A stretch of 64,000 nt of DNA from Chrysomallon squamiferum (taxonomy: Eukaryota; Animalia; Mollusca), in assembly GCA_012295275.1 (NCBI GenBank), contig CM022665.1, positions 4,960,001 through 5,024,000 of the forward strand, given 5' to 3'. Positions 22,837 to 38,264 of this stretch are shown here, piece by piece. The notes beneath the pieces were generated by a model that saw nothing but the letters and a program-made list of their open reading frames with translations, had not been told where the DNA came from and did not search any database. The stretch's first letter is position 1, and every line of letters begins with the position of its first letter. Made by a program: the position numbers and the translations under genes.

Positions 22837-24646
22837 GCAAGAGAACTGTTTTTATTTGTTCACAACACCAAATTTTACGACTTTTTCATTTTTCAAGATG
22901 CTGGAATTCAGAGAGATGCAGGAACGAAAATGTTTTTTTTTTCTTTTTTTTTCTTTTTTTTTTGATATATATATAATTTTCTATTATGTCTTTCTCTCTT
23001 TTTGTCTCCCGCTCAGCCTTCTTTTTTTATTTTTTATGTAAGCCATTTAAAGATTAATTTATAACTAAAATAATCCATTAATAATAACATTACTAAAACT
23101 TTTTTTCTAATGTGCTAATATGTAAGAATTAAGATCACAGACATGAAATTTTGATCCCATGAATCGTTTCTCTACTGTTTTATCACAAATATGCGTGGTC
23201 TTGAAATAATCATCGTTAAAGCCTACACTATTTATAAATAAAATGCAAAATATTCGTCATACGCCTAATAGTACTATAATGTGCTATTTTTCGCGAAATA
23301 TCCATCCGAAACCAAATACATGTCTTAAGAAAGGTGTGTCGGTATTTCATATATGTTTTAAGACTTGTACACATTCTTTCGACGATATTTTTTTTTTACA
23401 CTGTTGCGAGTTCCTGGTAAATCGGAATTAATTCAATTTGAGAAGACAACATGATGCTACCTGTGTTAATACCACTGGTTTGGTCAGGTTGGTTTCTGCA
23501 AACATTTCGTGTTTGGTTCGTCTGCAGATGGCTCGAAAAAGCAAAAATGTGTGCACCTCCGCCATATTTGATCAGTGAAGATCAAACATAAATATTAGAA
23601 ATACGTATTTCTGCACATATTTTCACATGATTACGAGGCCGGAAGCAAAAATAATTTACCAAAGTTTTGAGGTTTTTAAATTACACAAGAGATGGAACTG
23701 TTTTAACATGTGAGGGGATGCGTGTGTGTGTGCGTGCGTATGTAGGTCAGTGTGTTTAGGTGCGTGGGTGCATGTGTGTGAGGGTGTGCGTGTCTGTGTG
23801 TGTGAGGGCATGCATGCGTGCGCGAGGACGTATGTGTGCGAGTACCTGCGTGCGTGTGTGTGTGTGTCGGTACGTGAGTGTGTGTGTTATAATAAATAAA
23901 TAAATATAACATTCTTAAAAAATTGTAAATCTAAATATTAACCGATTTTTTGGTTACACAAATTAGGGAAAACAATATAATAAAATAAAAGTAAATTGAA
24001 TCTTTAGTATTTAATATAATACGCCCATCGAGATGTGATTAAAAATAAATAAATAGATTACATATATACACAAAAATAATCGGACGCACTTAAATTTAAA
24101 AAAAAATTATAATAAAATAAAAGAATCACAAAACTTATTTTGTCTCATGTAACATTAACTGCACAAAGGTCTGTGTGGCTTATATATCATAATTATACTT
24201 TCATCAAAAAAAAAAAAAAAAAACATACTCACTTTTAACATTTAAAATTATAAATAAATGAAAAGTCAGTAATAAGAGTAATAATATAATACGATTTTTT
24301 TTTAAATTAACCTTTGCTCTGAACAAATTATTTTTAAAATATTCATTTAACGATATAAACTGAAATTAAATTCAAAATGTTTAATACTTATATATTCATT
24401 TCATTTGCCATTAAACTTTGAAAGATTTTTCTCTGCCGATAAATATATTTATCAGAGAAAATTACTGATGAATTACTCAAATTAGCATAGAAAAAAAAAT
24501 CGTAACAAAAAAATATAATCTATAACACCTAATACACAAATCAATATGTCATTATTAACTTAATCTCAGACACACACGCAGGCGAAAGATAAATTAAACT
24601 GAAACAAAAGGATAGTTCCTTATATTGACATGGCAAATTGACGTCT

Positions 24647-24680
<34 letters not shown>

Positions 24681-25286
24681 ATAAAAAATAAGAAAAGACA
24701 ATCGCATTTTGGTTTGGAGCCATTTTTCTTTTACTTGTTTGGCAAATGCCAACGTGTAGACGTTGTATCAACTCTGTTCTTGTCAGAAATTACCTCATAG
24801 TGTATATAGCCTGACTTAATCAAACTGGCATCTCACTGTTTGAAAAATCTTAAAACAAATATTCAGCTAGGCCAGGCTGTACTGTACGGTCCGAAACAAA
24901 TGTTTGCTTTGGAATCAGGCTATGTCAACTTGGGCTTGAGTCTGTATCGGTTGGTTTTTTTTTTTTTTTTTTTTTTTTCCTCTCAATCCACGAGCAAGTA
25001 GAAGTCCCATCAATGTCAACAAAACTTGACAAACAAGTCAGAAACGAGCCCATCCCAAAAGAACGCACGAATCTGGCAAGTTCGACAGAAGAGAGAAATG
25101 AAGGGTAATTGAGAGTCGAGGAAAGTGAATGTAAGAACTAAACACCACAGCACTCCGTGACATCAACCAAAAATGATTTCACTTAGAGATTGATTGTCTG
25201 TTCTCCTGAACCCAACACTGATTTCTTCTGTTACATTCTGAGGAAAAACTCTTACACTTCGTCTGTTTGTTGTTGTTTTTTTGACA

Positions 25287-25440
25287 ATGGAAGATTTTAT
25301 TATTATTATTAGTTTGTCTTTTTTCATTGTCTGTTGCTTAATTCCAAGACTGTCGCAGGCAACACCAATAGATGATAGTCCAGGTAAGCATGATTTGTTT
25401 AATTATTATTATTATTACCATTATCATCATCATCATCATC

Positions 25441-25478
<38 letters not shown>

Positions 25479-25587
25479 GTCTGTATGTGTGTATATCTAT
25501 ATATATGTGTGTGTGTGTGTGTGTATATGTATGTATTGATGTGTATATATTTATATATATATATATATTTATATGTATGTATGTATG

Positions 25588-25618
<31 letters not shown>

Positions 25619-25658
25619 TATATACACATATAAATATATATATATACACATATAAATA

Positions 25659-25701
<43 letters not shown>

Positions 25702-26840
25702 TTTTGTTTTTTTATATTTGGATCAGAATTGAATATTTCATTTGTTTAAATTTATTTCCAAAAGATATTTGGTATATCAGTTACAAATATTATAGCTAAA
25801 CGGACGCATATTTTTGTCAGTAATAAATACACGCACAAGTCATCAAAATGCCATTCATGATTTAGCATTGCTGTTGAGTAATACAGGTGTGATTTTATTT
25901 AAAACATTAGCATAAAACACCAGTGTGCTAATGGATAAGTAATATATATATAAATTAATTACACAGTTAAAACAACTTTTGCTGTTAAATCAAGCACAAA
26001 CACATTATACGTCAGAGAGGAAACTGTTATTTTGCATAGTAAAAACAGGGATGATCAAATGACATTCGCTTTAAACATAAATCAGGTGAGTTATATTTAA
26101 GTGATCACCATAAACGTTTACTAGGGAATAAAATATGTATAGATATGGCTGCCGTAAATTAATAAATACAGATTAATGGGTACGGTAGCGATATAATTAA
26201 ATTTATTTTACAGAAACACACACTTATTTACAGACTTGCATAGTGATACAAAACTAGAATGTATTAAGCAAAATATTAGTATTTATGCATCAACACATTT
26301 ATATATATAAAAATAAAAAGCGATAAAAAAAAAAAATAATAATAATAATTAACAAAAAAGTTGTGTTTTTTTAATCAGAGTATCACTGTTTGGCCATAAG
26401 TTTTAAATAAGAACTATTTAATTTAATTCCCTACCAAACTGAATAGAAACCAGTGGTATTCATTACAGACACCAACGTTTTAGAGTGGATATTGGGATTT
26501 TTGTGTGTTTGTTTGTTTGTTTGTTTGTTGTTGTTTCTTTTTTATCAGTTTGTCAATAGTAATAGTAATTTTTTATATATCTTAGAAGACTTTAGCTTAC
26601 AATGAAGCTTTCAACGATAACAATAATTAATACTAGCTAATTACAAACTATAGTATTAAAATCTGAATCTAGTTGATTAGAACCTTATTTACTAGCGGCT
26701 GGTTATATATCCTGCACTTTAATGGACTTTAGATTATTCTTTATTTGAACTTATGTTTTTTAATTAAAAAAATATTTAAAAGATTCAGGACTTTCTTTAC
26801 AAATTATGAGCATTTATAATGTTTGAAATATAGATGAGTT

Positions 26841-26879
<39 letters not shown>

Positions 26880-27243
26880 GGAAACAGAAAAGCGAGAAAA
26901 TTAATTAATACTATTATCAAGCATTTCATTTGCATAACGTATTACTTAAAAATATTTATATCAGTTAGCTGTATTATTACAGGGACCAGAAATTGAAATA
27001 TGGTTTCAAAGTATCCCAAAAGTTAAATCATATTTTCTAGAGCAGCGTTTCTCAACATTTTTACCGGTGTGGAACCCTTGAAATAGTTTTCATGTGTCAG
27101 GGAATCCCTACATACAAATTATTTTACACCGTTATTAATATTTTCATCGTTTGTATTTTTATCGAAGTTCACGTGGTAAGCCTAATATATTTTCTTACAG
27201 ATAACTGGTTCCCGTTTTGTCAAAATTAATGGCAACGCAAAAC

Positions 27244-27299
<56 letters not shown>

Positions 27300-27331
27300 G
27301 ATAATAATAATAAAAAGAAAAAAAAATACAA

Positions 27332-27401
<70 letters not shown>

Positions 27402-29370
27402 AATAAATAAATAAAAATATAAAAAAATAATAAATCATACTGTATGTAAATAAAAATCAAACCGAAGTTTTCAGTCACAAATTTTTATTTTTATTTTTTT
27501 TAAATTACAAATTTCTAAAAACACACAAAACAACCAACACAATTAAGACATTACCATATACACGTATAACACATATACATAGAACGAAAGCAGATTGCTG
27601 TTACAAATAATTTATCGTTTATTGTAAAGGCATAAGATAAATCAACGTAAAACGTCCTATGATCAAAAGACAAGGATGACCAGAAGATTCAGAGTGTGGA
27701 TCCTTGACCCAGTCATACACTTGCTGATACAAAGCTGCTTCACCCTGGCTCCACATCAAAATCGCTAAATATATTTCCTATCATTACTGTAACCTTAAAT
27801 AGTATAATAGGTTGAAGCCTTTATTGAAATAACCAACGATTTTCGAACAATATGCCGTACGTGTATAGAAATATTACGAATATGAAATTAAACAAAAATG
27901 ACTCAGAAATGGCTTAGCCTATCTATCCCAGTTTCTCGCGAAACCGCTAGCGACCTCTTGCGGAAAGCTAAGGTTCCGGGTAACCGCGGTCGATAAACGC
28001 TGTCTCTGTCCCAGAAAAAACCTGTTCTAGAGGTTCTAAGAGCAAATCATGTTATCGTGGATCTTAAGAGCTAAGCTGCTGTCGAGGAACCTCATAGCAT
28101 CGTCATCTTTCAAGAATCTAATCATCTTATCGGATTACAATCGAAGCTTTCCGTCAAGAGATCATCGCTTTTGTAAAATACGTTTTTAGGGGGAGCTAAG
28201 CATGTTTTCGTTTGAAAATCTAGATCTCACGAATCGTATGAATATAGTGGATGTTCTAGATCATTCATGCTCAACCTTTTTTTTTTTTTTTTTTTGGCCA
28301 ATACTGTTTTAAGATCTTTTCTCCGGTTCCAAGGCCTCTTGTTAAAGAAGGCTACTGTTTCTTTTTTTCTTTTTTTTCGATTCAATCTGTGGCCACCTTC
28401 AAATCTGCTAGGACTCCCTTTTGAGAATGGCTTTTCCACAACACAGCTACCTATACTGGTAATATACGTACCATCTGAGGTTTTCATTCCTACTCAATAC
28501 AGTCTGACACATTTCCATTACGCTCATTATAATTATTAACTGACACGCAAAAATAATCATCCTTAAAAAATACATGATTCAAACAGTTTTGATAATTTGT
28601 AACCACAAAAAAAAAAAAAAAAAAAAAAAATTTCTTTTATAAATGTCAAAAATTAAAACGCTTTCTGTGTTCTGCATCTTCAAAGAATTCAAGAAACACT
28701 TTTTTTTTTATTTTTTATTTTTTTAAAAATAATTTTTAAATCGTTCGTTTTATTACTTCCTTATAAATACACGGGTGAGCTCAAAGACTGTCAACGCCGT
28801 GTTGATTGACCGGTCAATACAGCACTTCCCCTGTTAGCTCATTTAATCTTTTACTGCCGCAGTGGACGATAGCCCGGAAAATCGTTCTCCCTCGAAGTTG
28901 TGTAACAAAGCTAATTTCAGAGACACCTTCAGTAAACAGTGAAGGAAGCGTACGCGGCACAATTTCCTCTTTGCGCGCGGTGACACAGGTGTAAAAAGCA
29001 AATTGAAAATTCACCTGGGAAATCAGGAATCTCAGGTGTGGTGAAGTAAAAAAAACCTGAAATAATTGTTTTAGTGCCAGTGTGGTTTTATAAAACTGTG
29101 GATGAGGGAAATAAAACGCGTACCGACAACAGGAGGAAGATAGACAGAGAAAAAAAAAAAAAAAAAAAAAAAGATGATCACTGATTCTTTTAGGTTAAAT
29201 TTATATTTGAACAAGCATGTGTCATGGTGTGTTGTTTTTATTTTTTTCTTCATAGCTGCATGTCTAATGCGTGTACATGAACGTAGACAAATATATGCAG
29301 AATATTATATAGTATGTTGATGTATGGGCGTCCGTGCTTATGTATGTATGCACATACGTGTGCGCATGTG

Positions 29371-29419
<49 letters not shown>

Positions 29420-32400
29420 ATCCTCTGGGTGTAGTTTTTAAGCTGCGTAGCTATGTAAAAGAAAAACATCAAGCAAACATTAAATGAATTCAGAGACGTT
29501 TTCAATTTCATACAGTATTCATGATTTGATTCATAAGGAATTTACAATTTATGGACATGGTCATAAAACAAACATAATAATTTGAATTTTTATGTCTGTA
29601 TGTGATTTAACACGAATATTCAGAAATCCAGTTATCTCAGTATCCGGTTTTACGTAATGTAATGTGTACAGAATACTAATAATAACAATAAAACATTTTT
29701 CCCCTCTGTAAAGGTTTTTAAATTAAAATATTTACAATTAAAGCGTAATTAAGAATAGGTTTGATCTACGAATTTTCATAATATTACATTCAATTTTGTT
29801 TCTTTTCTTGTCTTTCCTTTATATATATCTAATTTTATATATATTTGATTTGATTTAAATACAATTTATGTTTACAGAAAAGTCAGAGTTGCAGTTAGGT
29901 TTACCTTGAAAAGAAAATATTTAGAAATTATAATGGATTACTAGTGTTACTACTATTACTACTAGTACTAGTACTACTAGCAGTACTACAGTTATACTGC
30001 TCCTACTATTACCGCTCATGCTGCTATTACTACAGTAATTACTATTATTTCTACTACTAGTAGTAATAGTAGTAATAATAATAATAATAATAACAACAAC
30101 AACAACAACAACAACTGAATGGTTTATAATATTCAGTCATTCTTTTTAATATTTTTGTAATAATATGGGCAGAACACTGTTCATGGGCACATCTAGATAA
30201 ACAAGGGATATTCTTTACTGTTTGTTAAGTTTTACTCTTCAGAAGAATAAAACAGGTTTGCAAATAAAAAATAAATAAAAAGAAGAGAACTAAACAAATC
30301 AAAGTTATATTTATGCAAGTGGGAGGATAAATTGGCAAGTAATGGTGATAAAAAGGGTTTAACAAAGCATCCTCTATGACAGCCAGAGAAAGAATTACAA
30401 AACTGAACAAACACGAAACGAAACAAATTTTCCTCCCAAACCTAGAGAGACTTCCTGTTTTCTGAATAACTGGCTCTTGTTCAATGTTTGCTTTTGTTAA
30501 ATTATGTTATATTTGTTCAGAATTTTTTTCTTTTTTTATTAAGTGTGGTAGAAATTATTTGTGCCCGAATGTGCGTCAGAATTATTTTGTTAATGTCATT
30601 ATGGTGTGAGGACAAAAGTGAGACTGACGCATTTTTCAAAGAAGAAAAAAATATTTCCTGAATTTTAATTACATAATTAAAGAAAATTGTAAATGTTTGT
30701 AAGGAAAACAATAATAAAAAAACATCCTGTAAGAGATGCCAGTAAGTTAAAATGGAAACATAGCAAATGGAGTTTAAAATAATTATAAAATTATTATATC
30801 TGAATTATGTAAATTTTGGCTTGGCTTTAAAACCTTATTGCTCTACCTTTCTTTATATATATATATGCAAAAGAAAGAAAACTTAAACAATTTTGGCACT
30901 GGTGCACGGAACCTGTACCTCTTGCTGAACCAACATCTACCACATTTCAAAGTGCAATTAATGCAGAGTATTTTATATATGCAGTAATTTCTAGTTATAT
31001 TGCGGAACAGTATCACTACGTCCTGATCCTTGAAGTGCCAGAAATCAATCATTTCCAATATCATACCATATGTATTTCATATGTTTAAGATTTTCTTCAA
31101 AGCTTATATAATAATACAATAATTATTATTATTATTATTATTTTTTTAAATTAATCAAGGTACCCCTAAAGTCGCACTGGATTAAAATGGCACATGTATC
31201 TTTAATTTATTACTGCTATTAATAAAATATAAGATTTTCGAGAATGTCATATTTTGTTATACGTGATCTCCACATCTGTAGTGTCAGCAATTCCTTCTGT
31301 TAGACTTCATCCGTCATAGACAGAGCATCGGATGACTGTGGTGTTTCTAAATCCAGATCTGTTGTTTTTTTGGCTTTTAATCCTTCAAGGTCAAACGAGA
31401 AACATTCTGCAGACAGGAAGAGAAAATGTTAAAGAATGTCGTGGATATCTTTAGAAGGAAAAGGGGAAAAAAATGGCTTCCTGATTACTTAATCCCTTGT
31501 CTAACTTCTTAAGATCTGTCAGAAGTTTGTTAAATCTTTGAGAATTTCGCCGGCCTTTAGCAAGAATACTCATCTTGTTAAGTCTGAACTCTTCCTTGCA
31601 TTAATTTGAAACACACGAATAACCTTGACTACAATTTGTCTTCTTTATTTTAGTTCTTAAAAGCGCTGACATACAGACCTTGACCGAATTAGCGGTTTTT
31701 CAGTTTTATTTTTCGTCAGATACTTTTCTGTCTTGTACAGATCTCTGTGGCGAGGTCAGAGGTTGTGTCCATGATAGGCATGTTTGAACTGCTCTCTGGT
31801 AGAAGTCTGCAAAAATTACCTGAACTAATATAACAGATTTTGTATGTGCAGAAAAAACATTGACTTGAGCGCAGAAGTTTGATTTTGTTGAAAGTGCAAA
31901 ATTCTTTACCTTTACCATTATAAGGAGTTATTAATATTATTTGGAATATGCCTAAATAAACTTGATATTTTTTTTTTTTTTTTTAAGTTTCGGAATGAAA
32001 TTATGGCTAGCAAAGGAACGGTACTTGGCAAGATATGAATTTGCTTTGAATTAACTAAATTGCCACTTAAATTCCACGATTTTACCCATTCTTTTGTTAA
32101 CAACATCTGCAAAATTAATTTAAAAATACAAATAATATCTAATAAATGTATTCTACATCAGATGAAAAACAAATGGCTATAGACATTTTCAAAATACGTG
32201 ATGGTTTCTTGAATATCTAAAAACAAAATTAAAAAAGATGTGTCTTCTGTGAACTCCTAACTAATACTAAATTCTAAACATTTTTGTAAGCATGTATTGA
32301 CTTTTACATTAATACCATTGTTCTGCAACCCTACTGAAGACACAACAAAGCAACAGACAAATTTCTATAGATGAAAATACAAAGATGATCATATCCTGAA

Positions 32401-34632
32401 ATGACAAATGATGATAAATTCTTAACATTTTGTTAACCATATAGTGACCTTAGCATTAATACCATTAGCCTACATGCCAGTTGAAGATGCAACAAAGCAG
32501 TGACGAAAAATACTGACGAATTTATCTCTCAGCAGCCAAAATCTGCCTAATCCATGGGAGACATTTTCAGTCAAAGGTGTATCTCAGCCTGATCCTGTGA
32601 AACCTTGATAAACAAGAGCAGAGTTTGACTCAAACATGAGCAGTGTGTGTTCAGTTTATCCCATCCAAACCCCGGGGATTAACATGTAATGGTTGATTCA
32701 TGGCTCGTGGTTTGGAGTTTCAAGCACAAATATTCTCCTACGCAACAACAGTTAAGCAAATATCACTTAGGTTTCCGTGACATTTTTAGAAAAAAAGAAA
32801 AAAAAAGATTATATATATTTTTTTAAAGTTACTTATCAAAAGAAATTTTGCATGTTATCTGTGTATTTCTTGTATTTATTTTTATTTGTTGTTGTTGTTT
32901 ATTTTATTTATTTATACGCTCTTTTTCAGATAATTATTTATGATAAAAATGAAAACTGAATTTTAATAAAAAAAAAAAAAAAAAAAACATTTAATATGAA
33001 CCAAGCTCAATCATCATAATGATTAGAAGCTCACAAGAAAAAAAAAAAAAAAAAAAAAAAAAAGACAAGAAAACACAGAACGATAAAAACAACTGTTTCA
33101 GACTGTGAAGAAGAATTTACAACAATTAACCTTTCTTTGTATTAATTCTTTCAGACGAACGACATGCCTATGCCTGCTACGGCACTCAGATGAACTTTCT
33201 GGAAGCGTCGTGTCCGTATGGACAAGTAATCCGAGTCAACCAAGTGTTCTACGGAGCCAAACTGAAGTCGACCGAGTGTCCTAACCTAACTACTCACCAG
33301 CATTACAGACCCGAGTGCTGTACCACGCATGTTGACGACTGCATGATTTCACTGGTTCTCGAGAACAAACCAGATCCCTATTTCAAGACTTGCAATGACA
33401 AAGCAGACTGCACGATGAACTCAAGATGGCTGGACACCTCCAGCAAATGCGATCAGAAGCTGTTTCTGCCACGTACAAACTACATGGCAATGATATATAC
33501 CTGCGTTAAGGGTGAGTGTTTGCAGAGATATCACAAATACAGCTAATACGACCACAGTACTTCAGTTACATATATTTTAATTCCGTTCAGACTGCAGTAC
33601 AATGATTGACTGGTTTAATAAATTGTGTATACACGCAACGCAGAAGTATCAGTTTTGTGTATTTCGTTAAACAAAACTGGAAAATATTGTGTTTCATCAA
33701 GTTTAATATTTATATACAGTATTTATAAAACCTAAAACATCTACTAGCATACTAAAACAAAAATGTCTTTATTGTTGCTTTTTCTATGAACTGCATACAT
33801 AGAGTTTGATACAGACTGTTTGTTGTTCTTTTTTTTTTAAATAAAAAAACAGTCGTTGTTTTAGTACTTTGGTAATAGCGTTTTAATATTAAATGTGTTT
33901 TACAAGAATAAATAACAAAATGAATGGTATGACTTCTGGATTCTAATATATGTACAGTGGCACCGTTTTAATTAATGTTTAAATGTTGTTCTTGATTAAA
34001 AAAACAAAAATAGAAATCCCTATTGAAAATATTCAGCACACACTTGTCATTTATAATATTAAAACCTGTGTATAAAATTTCCTCTATGAACACTTCTTAG
34101 AAAAGACTTTCCAGAGAATTCTGCTAATTCTAATTTCTTGTATCTTTGTTTGCCTTCTCCATCTGACACTGTCACAAATTCAACATTGACGTCAATAAAA
34201 TACACTAATCATATTTGTCTTTAGGAGAGCAAACAAGCGGTAATCAATTATGTCTTTAAAATAGGTGTTTGCAACATTCACTCAATTAAATAAATAACGG
34301 AAACAACTAAAAAAAAAAGCACTAAATTTAGAGTCCCGATTGACATATTCTGTGTTTAAATTTAAACTCTGTTTATTGTTGTGTGTTCTGTTTTCAAAGT
34401 GTTCACTTTTGCAATATGCATATTCTTCAGTATTTAGAATCTTTGTTGACATCTGTTCAGATTCTGGGTTAGTTCTGTCGAAGGGTTCAGTTCAGATCTG
34501 TTCTGTTTTGTGTGCAGTTCAGTTTTTATTAAAGTCTACCTGTGGCGGTATGATGAAATGGTCTAATAAAATTATTTATAATTTCCACTTATTATTTTAC
34601 TATTTGGCGTCTTAATCCAATACTCAACAAAG

Positions 34633-34681
<49 letters not shown>

Positions 34682-35375
34682 TTGTAATAAATATTCATAA
34701 TATCTATATCTATCTATCTATCTATATATATATATATATATATTCTTTCTTTCCCGAAATCATACAGTGATTCAAATTATTGAGAATTTTAGCTTAATTC
34801 TGAATTCATTTCATAATACTAATTGTGACTACTCTCACTATTTTCGTATGTAATTATGAACATGTTAATTTTTCACAGCTCCTAACAGTACCCTTTCACA
34901 GACACATCTAAGAATGCTAACTTGGGCAATCAACCAGAGAAAAACCATTCCGCCTCAGAATAGAGGCACGAGACGCACGACGAAAGAAACAGCTGCTACA
35001 ACCGCGACCACAACAACTACAACAACAACAAAACTACCATCAGCCAGACATGCTTTAACAGTGTCTACGATGAAAACTCCAGAAATAAAGGTTCCTGTTG
35101 CGATCAAATCTTCTTTATGGAATGCTTCGGTCAATGCTGCAGCATCTAGACCAGAACCTCCAGCAAAAGCAAATGTCACTGTTAGTTACAGGCCAAAAAA
35201 CCACACATTGCAGAAGAAGCCAGCATCCAGCCCAGATTTTGCTTGTAAATATTTACTTATTTAACTGACAGTAACGTGTAATATTTAATGTACATGTGTA
35301 AGTAGGTATGGATGAATGGAAGAATATATGACGAGATGGGTTTATTCTGTTTGTGTGTATGTGTGTGTATATATG

Positions 35376-35445
<70 letters not shown>

Positions 35446-35473
35446 TGTTAATGAAATACTGGTTTAGCTGTAG

Positions 35474-35510
<37 letters not shown>

Positions 35511-35720
35511 TGTGTGTGTGTGTGTGTTTGTGTTTAATGTGTTAAATAGATATAAAACTTTATTTGTTTATTTTCAGTTACCACAGGAATGGTTGGGGGA
35601 ATGATAGCAGCCGTAATTGGAATGATGTTGACCATATTTGGTTTTATATTTTACTGGGGAAGGTGAGTTACTTTATCTGACGGACATTTCAGATTTAAAA
35701 TATATGTATATTTCTGTTAG

Positions 35721-35807
<87 letters not shown>

Positions 35808-36074
35808 CTCTGATTATTGTAATAATTTCTTATTTTTGCACCATCATAACTATTATTGTAAATTATTTTCGTTCATTATTATTATTATTGTTATTATTAT
35901 CATATAAATAATTTTTTGTTATCTTTGTTATCACTATTGTTGTTGTTATTGTTATCATTTTGTTATTATTATTATTATTATTATTATCATCATCATAAAC
36001 ATAATAATTTGTTATCTTTATTATCGTTGTTGTCGATTTTATCATTATTATTATTGTTGTTGTTGTTGCTGTTG

Positions 36075-36114
<40 letters not shown>

Positions 36115-36531
36115 TGCCATTATTATTATTATTATTTTTACTATTACTATTATTATCATTATTATTATTATTATTACTATTATTATTATTATTATTATTA
36201 TTATTACTGTTACTGTTATTACAGAAGAAAGAGGAAGGCTGTCACAATGAAACCTAACTCTACCACGGTGTGGGACTTCTTGCTTTCTCACACTGTCGCA
36301 TCACGAACTTTCCGTCGCGGCTACGACAACTTCGGCAGCAACAGCAACTGTTCTTCAGTCAGCTCAGAGGGCGACATGAATTCTCCGACTGCGAGAAAAA
36401 CAACATGGTTGCCAAATATAACAGTGGACTCGGGAAATTTTGATACCAGTTCGATGACATCAGACGACAACATTAGTCGAGTTAACGTCCAAGTTCCTGG
36501 TCCGAGTGAAAACGGTTCACACGAAGTGTGA
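25287..36531 (+). CDS. Type-I membrane protein 1: signal peptide, SUEL/rhamnose-binding-lectin-like domain, Thr-rich stalk, TM helix, Ser-rich tail (403 aa)
   Basis: Five phase-consistent GT-AG exons: 25287-25383, 33155-33511, 34879-35244, 35578-35662, 36225-36531. Cys pattern C..SCPYGQVIRVNQVFYG..C..CC..DC..CN..C..C..NY..YTC. TM GMVGGMIAAVIGMMLTIFGFIFYW followed by GRRRKRK. Confidence 0.82.
25400..25698. repeat. Compound (ATT)/(CAT)/(TA)/(GT) microsatellite
   Basis: Direct reading, just inside intron 1. Confidence 0.9.
27043..28024. mobile_element. Non-autonomous hAT (Buster/Charlie-type) DNA transposon
   Basis: Left TIR CAGCGTTTCTCAAC at 27043. Right TIR GTCGATAAACGCTG ends at 28002. The 8-mer TTCTAGAG (central TA, Buster-like) occurs at 27035-27042 and 28025-28032. 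No transposase ORF. Confidence 0.7.
35863..36220. repeat. (ATT)n/(GTT)n microsatellite filling the 3' end of an intron
   Basis: Direct reading. It is the source of the poly-I and poly-L ORFs. Confidence 0.9.
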
Positions 36532-37030
36532 AGAGAACTATGCTATACTTCTGACCTTCAGAATTAATTGGAATATATTATTTCAATAAAACGACATTTC
36601 TAATGCAGATTCTAATTTCATAACTGTATATAGACCTTCTGATAAATTTTTTATAAAATATTTTCTTTTTTTTTTTCTTTATATATATATATATTAAATT
36701 TCTGTTGTTGTTTTTTCTTGAGTTGAACAGTTTCTGATATTAAAATTAATTTGTATATATTGTACATATAAAATGTAAATATTATGCTTTGGGAAAGTCT
36801 GCATGTATATATTCAAACACTAATCTAAATAACAGTCAATAAAAAATGAAATTATATAAGAACAAGAATATATTTTGTTTTGTTTATTAATTTTAATTCT
36901 TCTAAGTAAAATTTGTTACATTTTCATTATTTTAACATATCCTGTTGCAATCTCACCTTTCTCAGATAATTAGTTGACATTAAAGAGATCGTCTTAACAG
37001 AATTCTAGTGGGATTTTTAACGTGTCAGCC

Positions 37031-37275
37031 TATAACAGGACACTTTGACAAGAATGAGAATGTAAGATGACCATTTGACTAAGATAAGAATGTAATAGGA
37101 TTGCTAGACAAGGATGAAATTGAATAGGACTATTTCACAAGATTGAGATTGTAATTTCAGAATTCGACAAGGATGTGAATATAATAGGACTGTTTGGCAA
37201 GGATGAAACTGTAAATAGGATTATCTGAGAAGGGTGAGATTGCAACAGGGTATGTTAAAATAATGAAAATGTAAC
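37031..37275. repeat. Degenerate ~30-bp minisatellite (~8 copies)
   Basis: Units resembling TGTAATAGGACTATTTGACAAGGATGAGAA recur with a period of about 30 nt. Confidence 0.7.
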
Positions 37276-38264
37276 AAATTTTACTTAGAGGAATTAAAAT
37301 TAAATAATATCTCTTCACGGTATTTTTAACTCAGATGGACATCACACAATATCTAATAAGATTCTTAAAATTTATTTTAATGGTTTTATAAGCTTGTAGT
37401 ACTTCATAATGTAACAATATTTTTTCTCAAGAAAATCTGTTGTAAACAGACTCAGTCTTATATGCTACCTCAAAAAGAGAGAGAGAGAGAGGGAGGAAAC
37501 CATGGCAGGTTGAACCACTTAACAATTAACCATGCAGAAATTATCAATTTTTTTTTTCCATTTTCTGACCACTTATTGTGTTTAATTAACCAGATCTACC
37601 GCTGACGTCATATTGTTATCTGACCTGCGTGAGCTTTCAAACTGTCCAAGAGATGCGCTCTGATTTGGTAAATTTTGTTTTTGCAACATTCGGCTTCTTG
37701 CATATGGCTAAAGATTATTTACTTTCAAAGGTCATCTTTACGATACTGAATTCTGAAAACACTTAGAAGTGTGATGATTACATTTGAACGAGCTGGCAAT
37801 TGCTGGTCAGCAACAGTTCAAAATAAAACGAAAGCCATCAGTCCGGGCCACTCTTCAGCCTGCTCCATTAAATTTGTGTACGATTATAAATTTTCTTGTA
37901 CAGTTTTAGTAATTCAGTTTCTCATATCAGTAAAATGGTCAACTGGACATTAATATATATATAAATATATATGAATGATTGGTTGACTGATTTAATAATA
38001 ACAGATTGTCAGAACATACCACATTTTTTCGTGTGCCAAATTATCGGATGACAATAAATATCTTCGTTTAGCTTTTTATTCATAGCATTTTAAGCTGTTT
38101 TTCTTTTTCTTTTTTCTTATCTTTCTTTTTTTTTAATTTTTTTTTTTTTTTTTTTTTTTTTAATAAATGTTTTTCATTTGCATTTCAAGTTTAAAAAAAA
38201 AAAAAAATCATATGTTTTTTGGCTGATTTAAGAGTATGTATCTAGTTATAATGCACTGCCGCAA

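Noticed and set aside
28941-28957. GAAGGAAGCGTACGCGG, similar to the 16.2 kb hairpin apex context
   Set aside because: No flanking stem or viral sequence. One short match in 64 kb may be chance.
31250-32112. Microsatellite-free stretch with short minus-strand ORFs in intron 1 of lectin gene 1
   Set aside because: Multiple stops in the frames I read and no recognisable motif. It could be a decayed gene or TE, but that is unsupported without a search.
36517-36531. C-terminal SHEV of lectin gene 1 as a PDZ ligand
   Set aside because: Position -2 is His, so it does not fit the class I or class II consensus.
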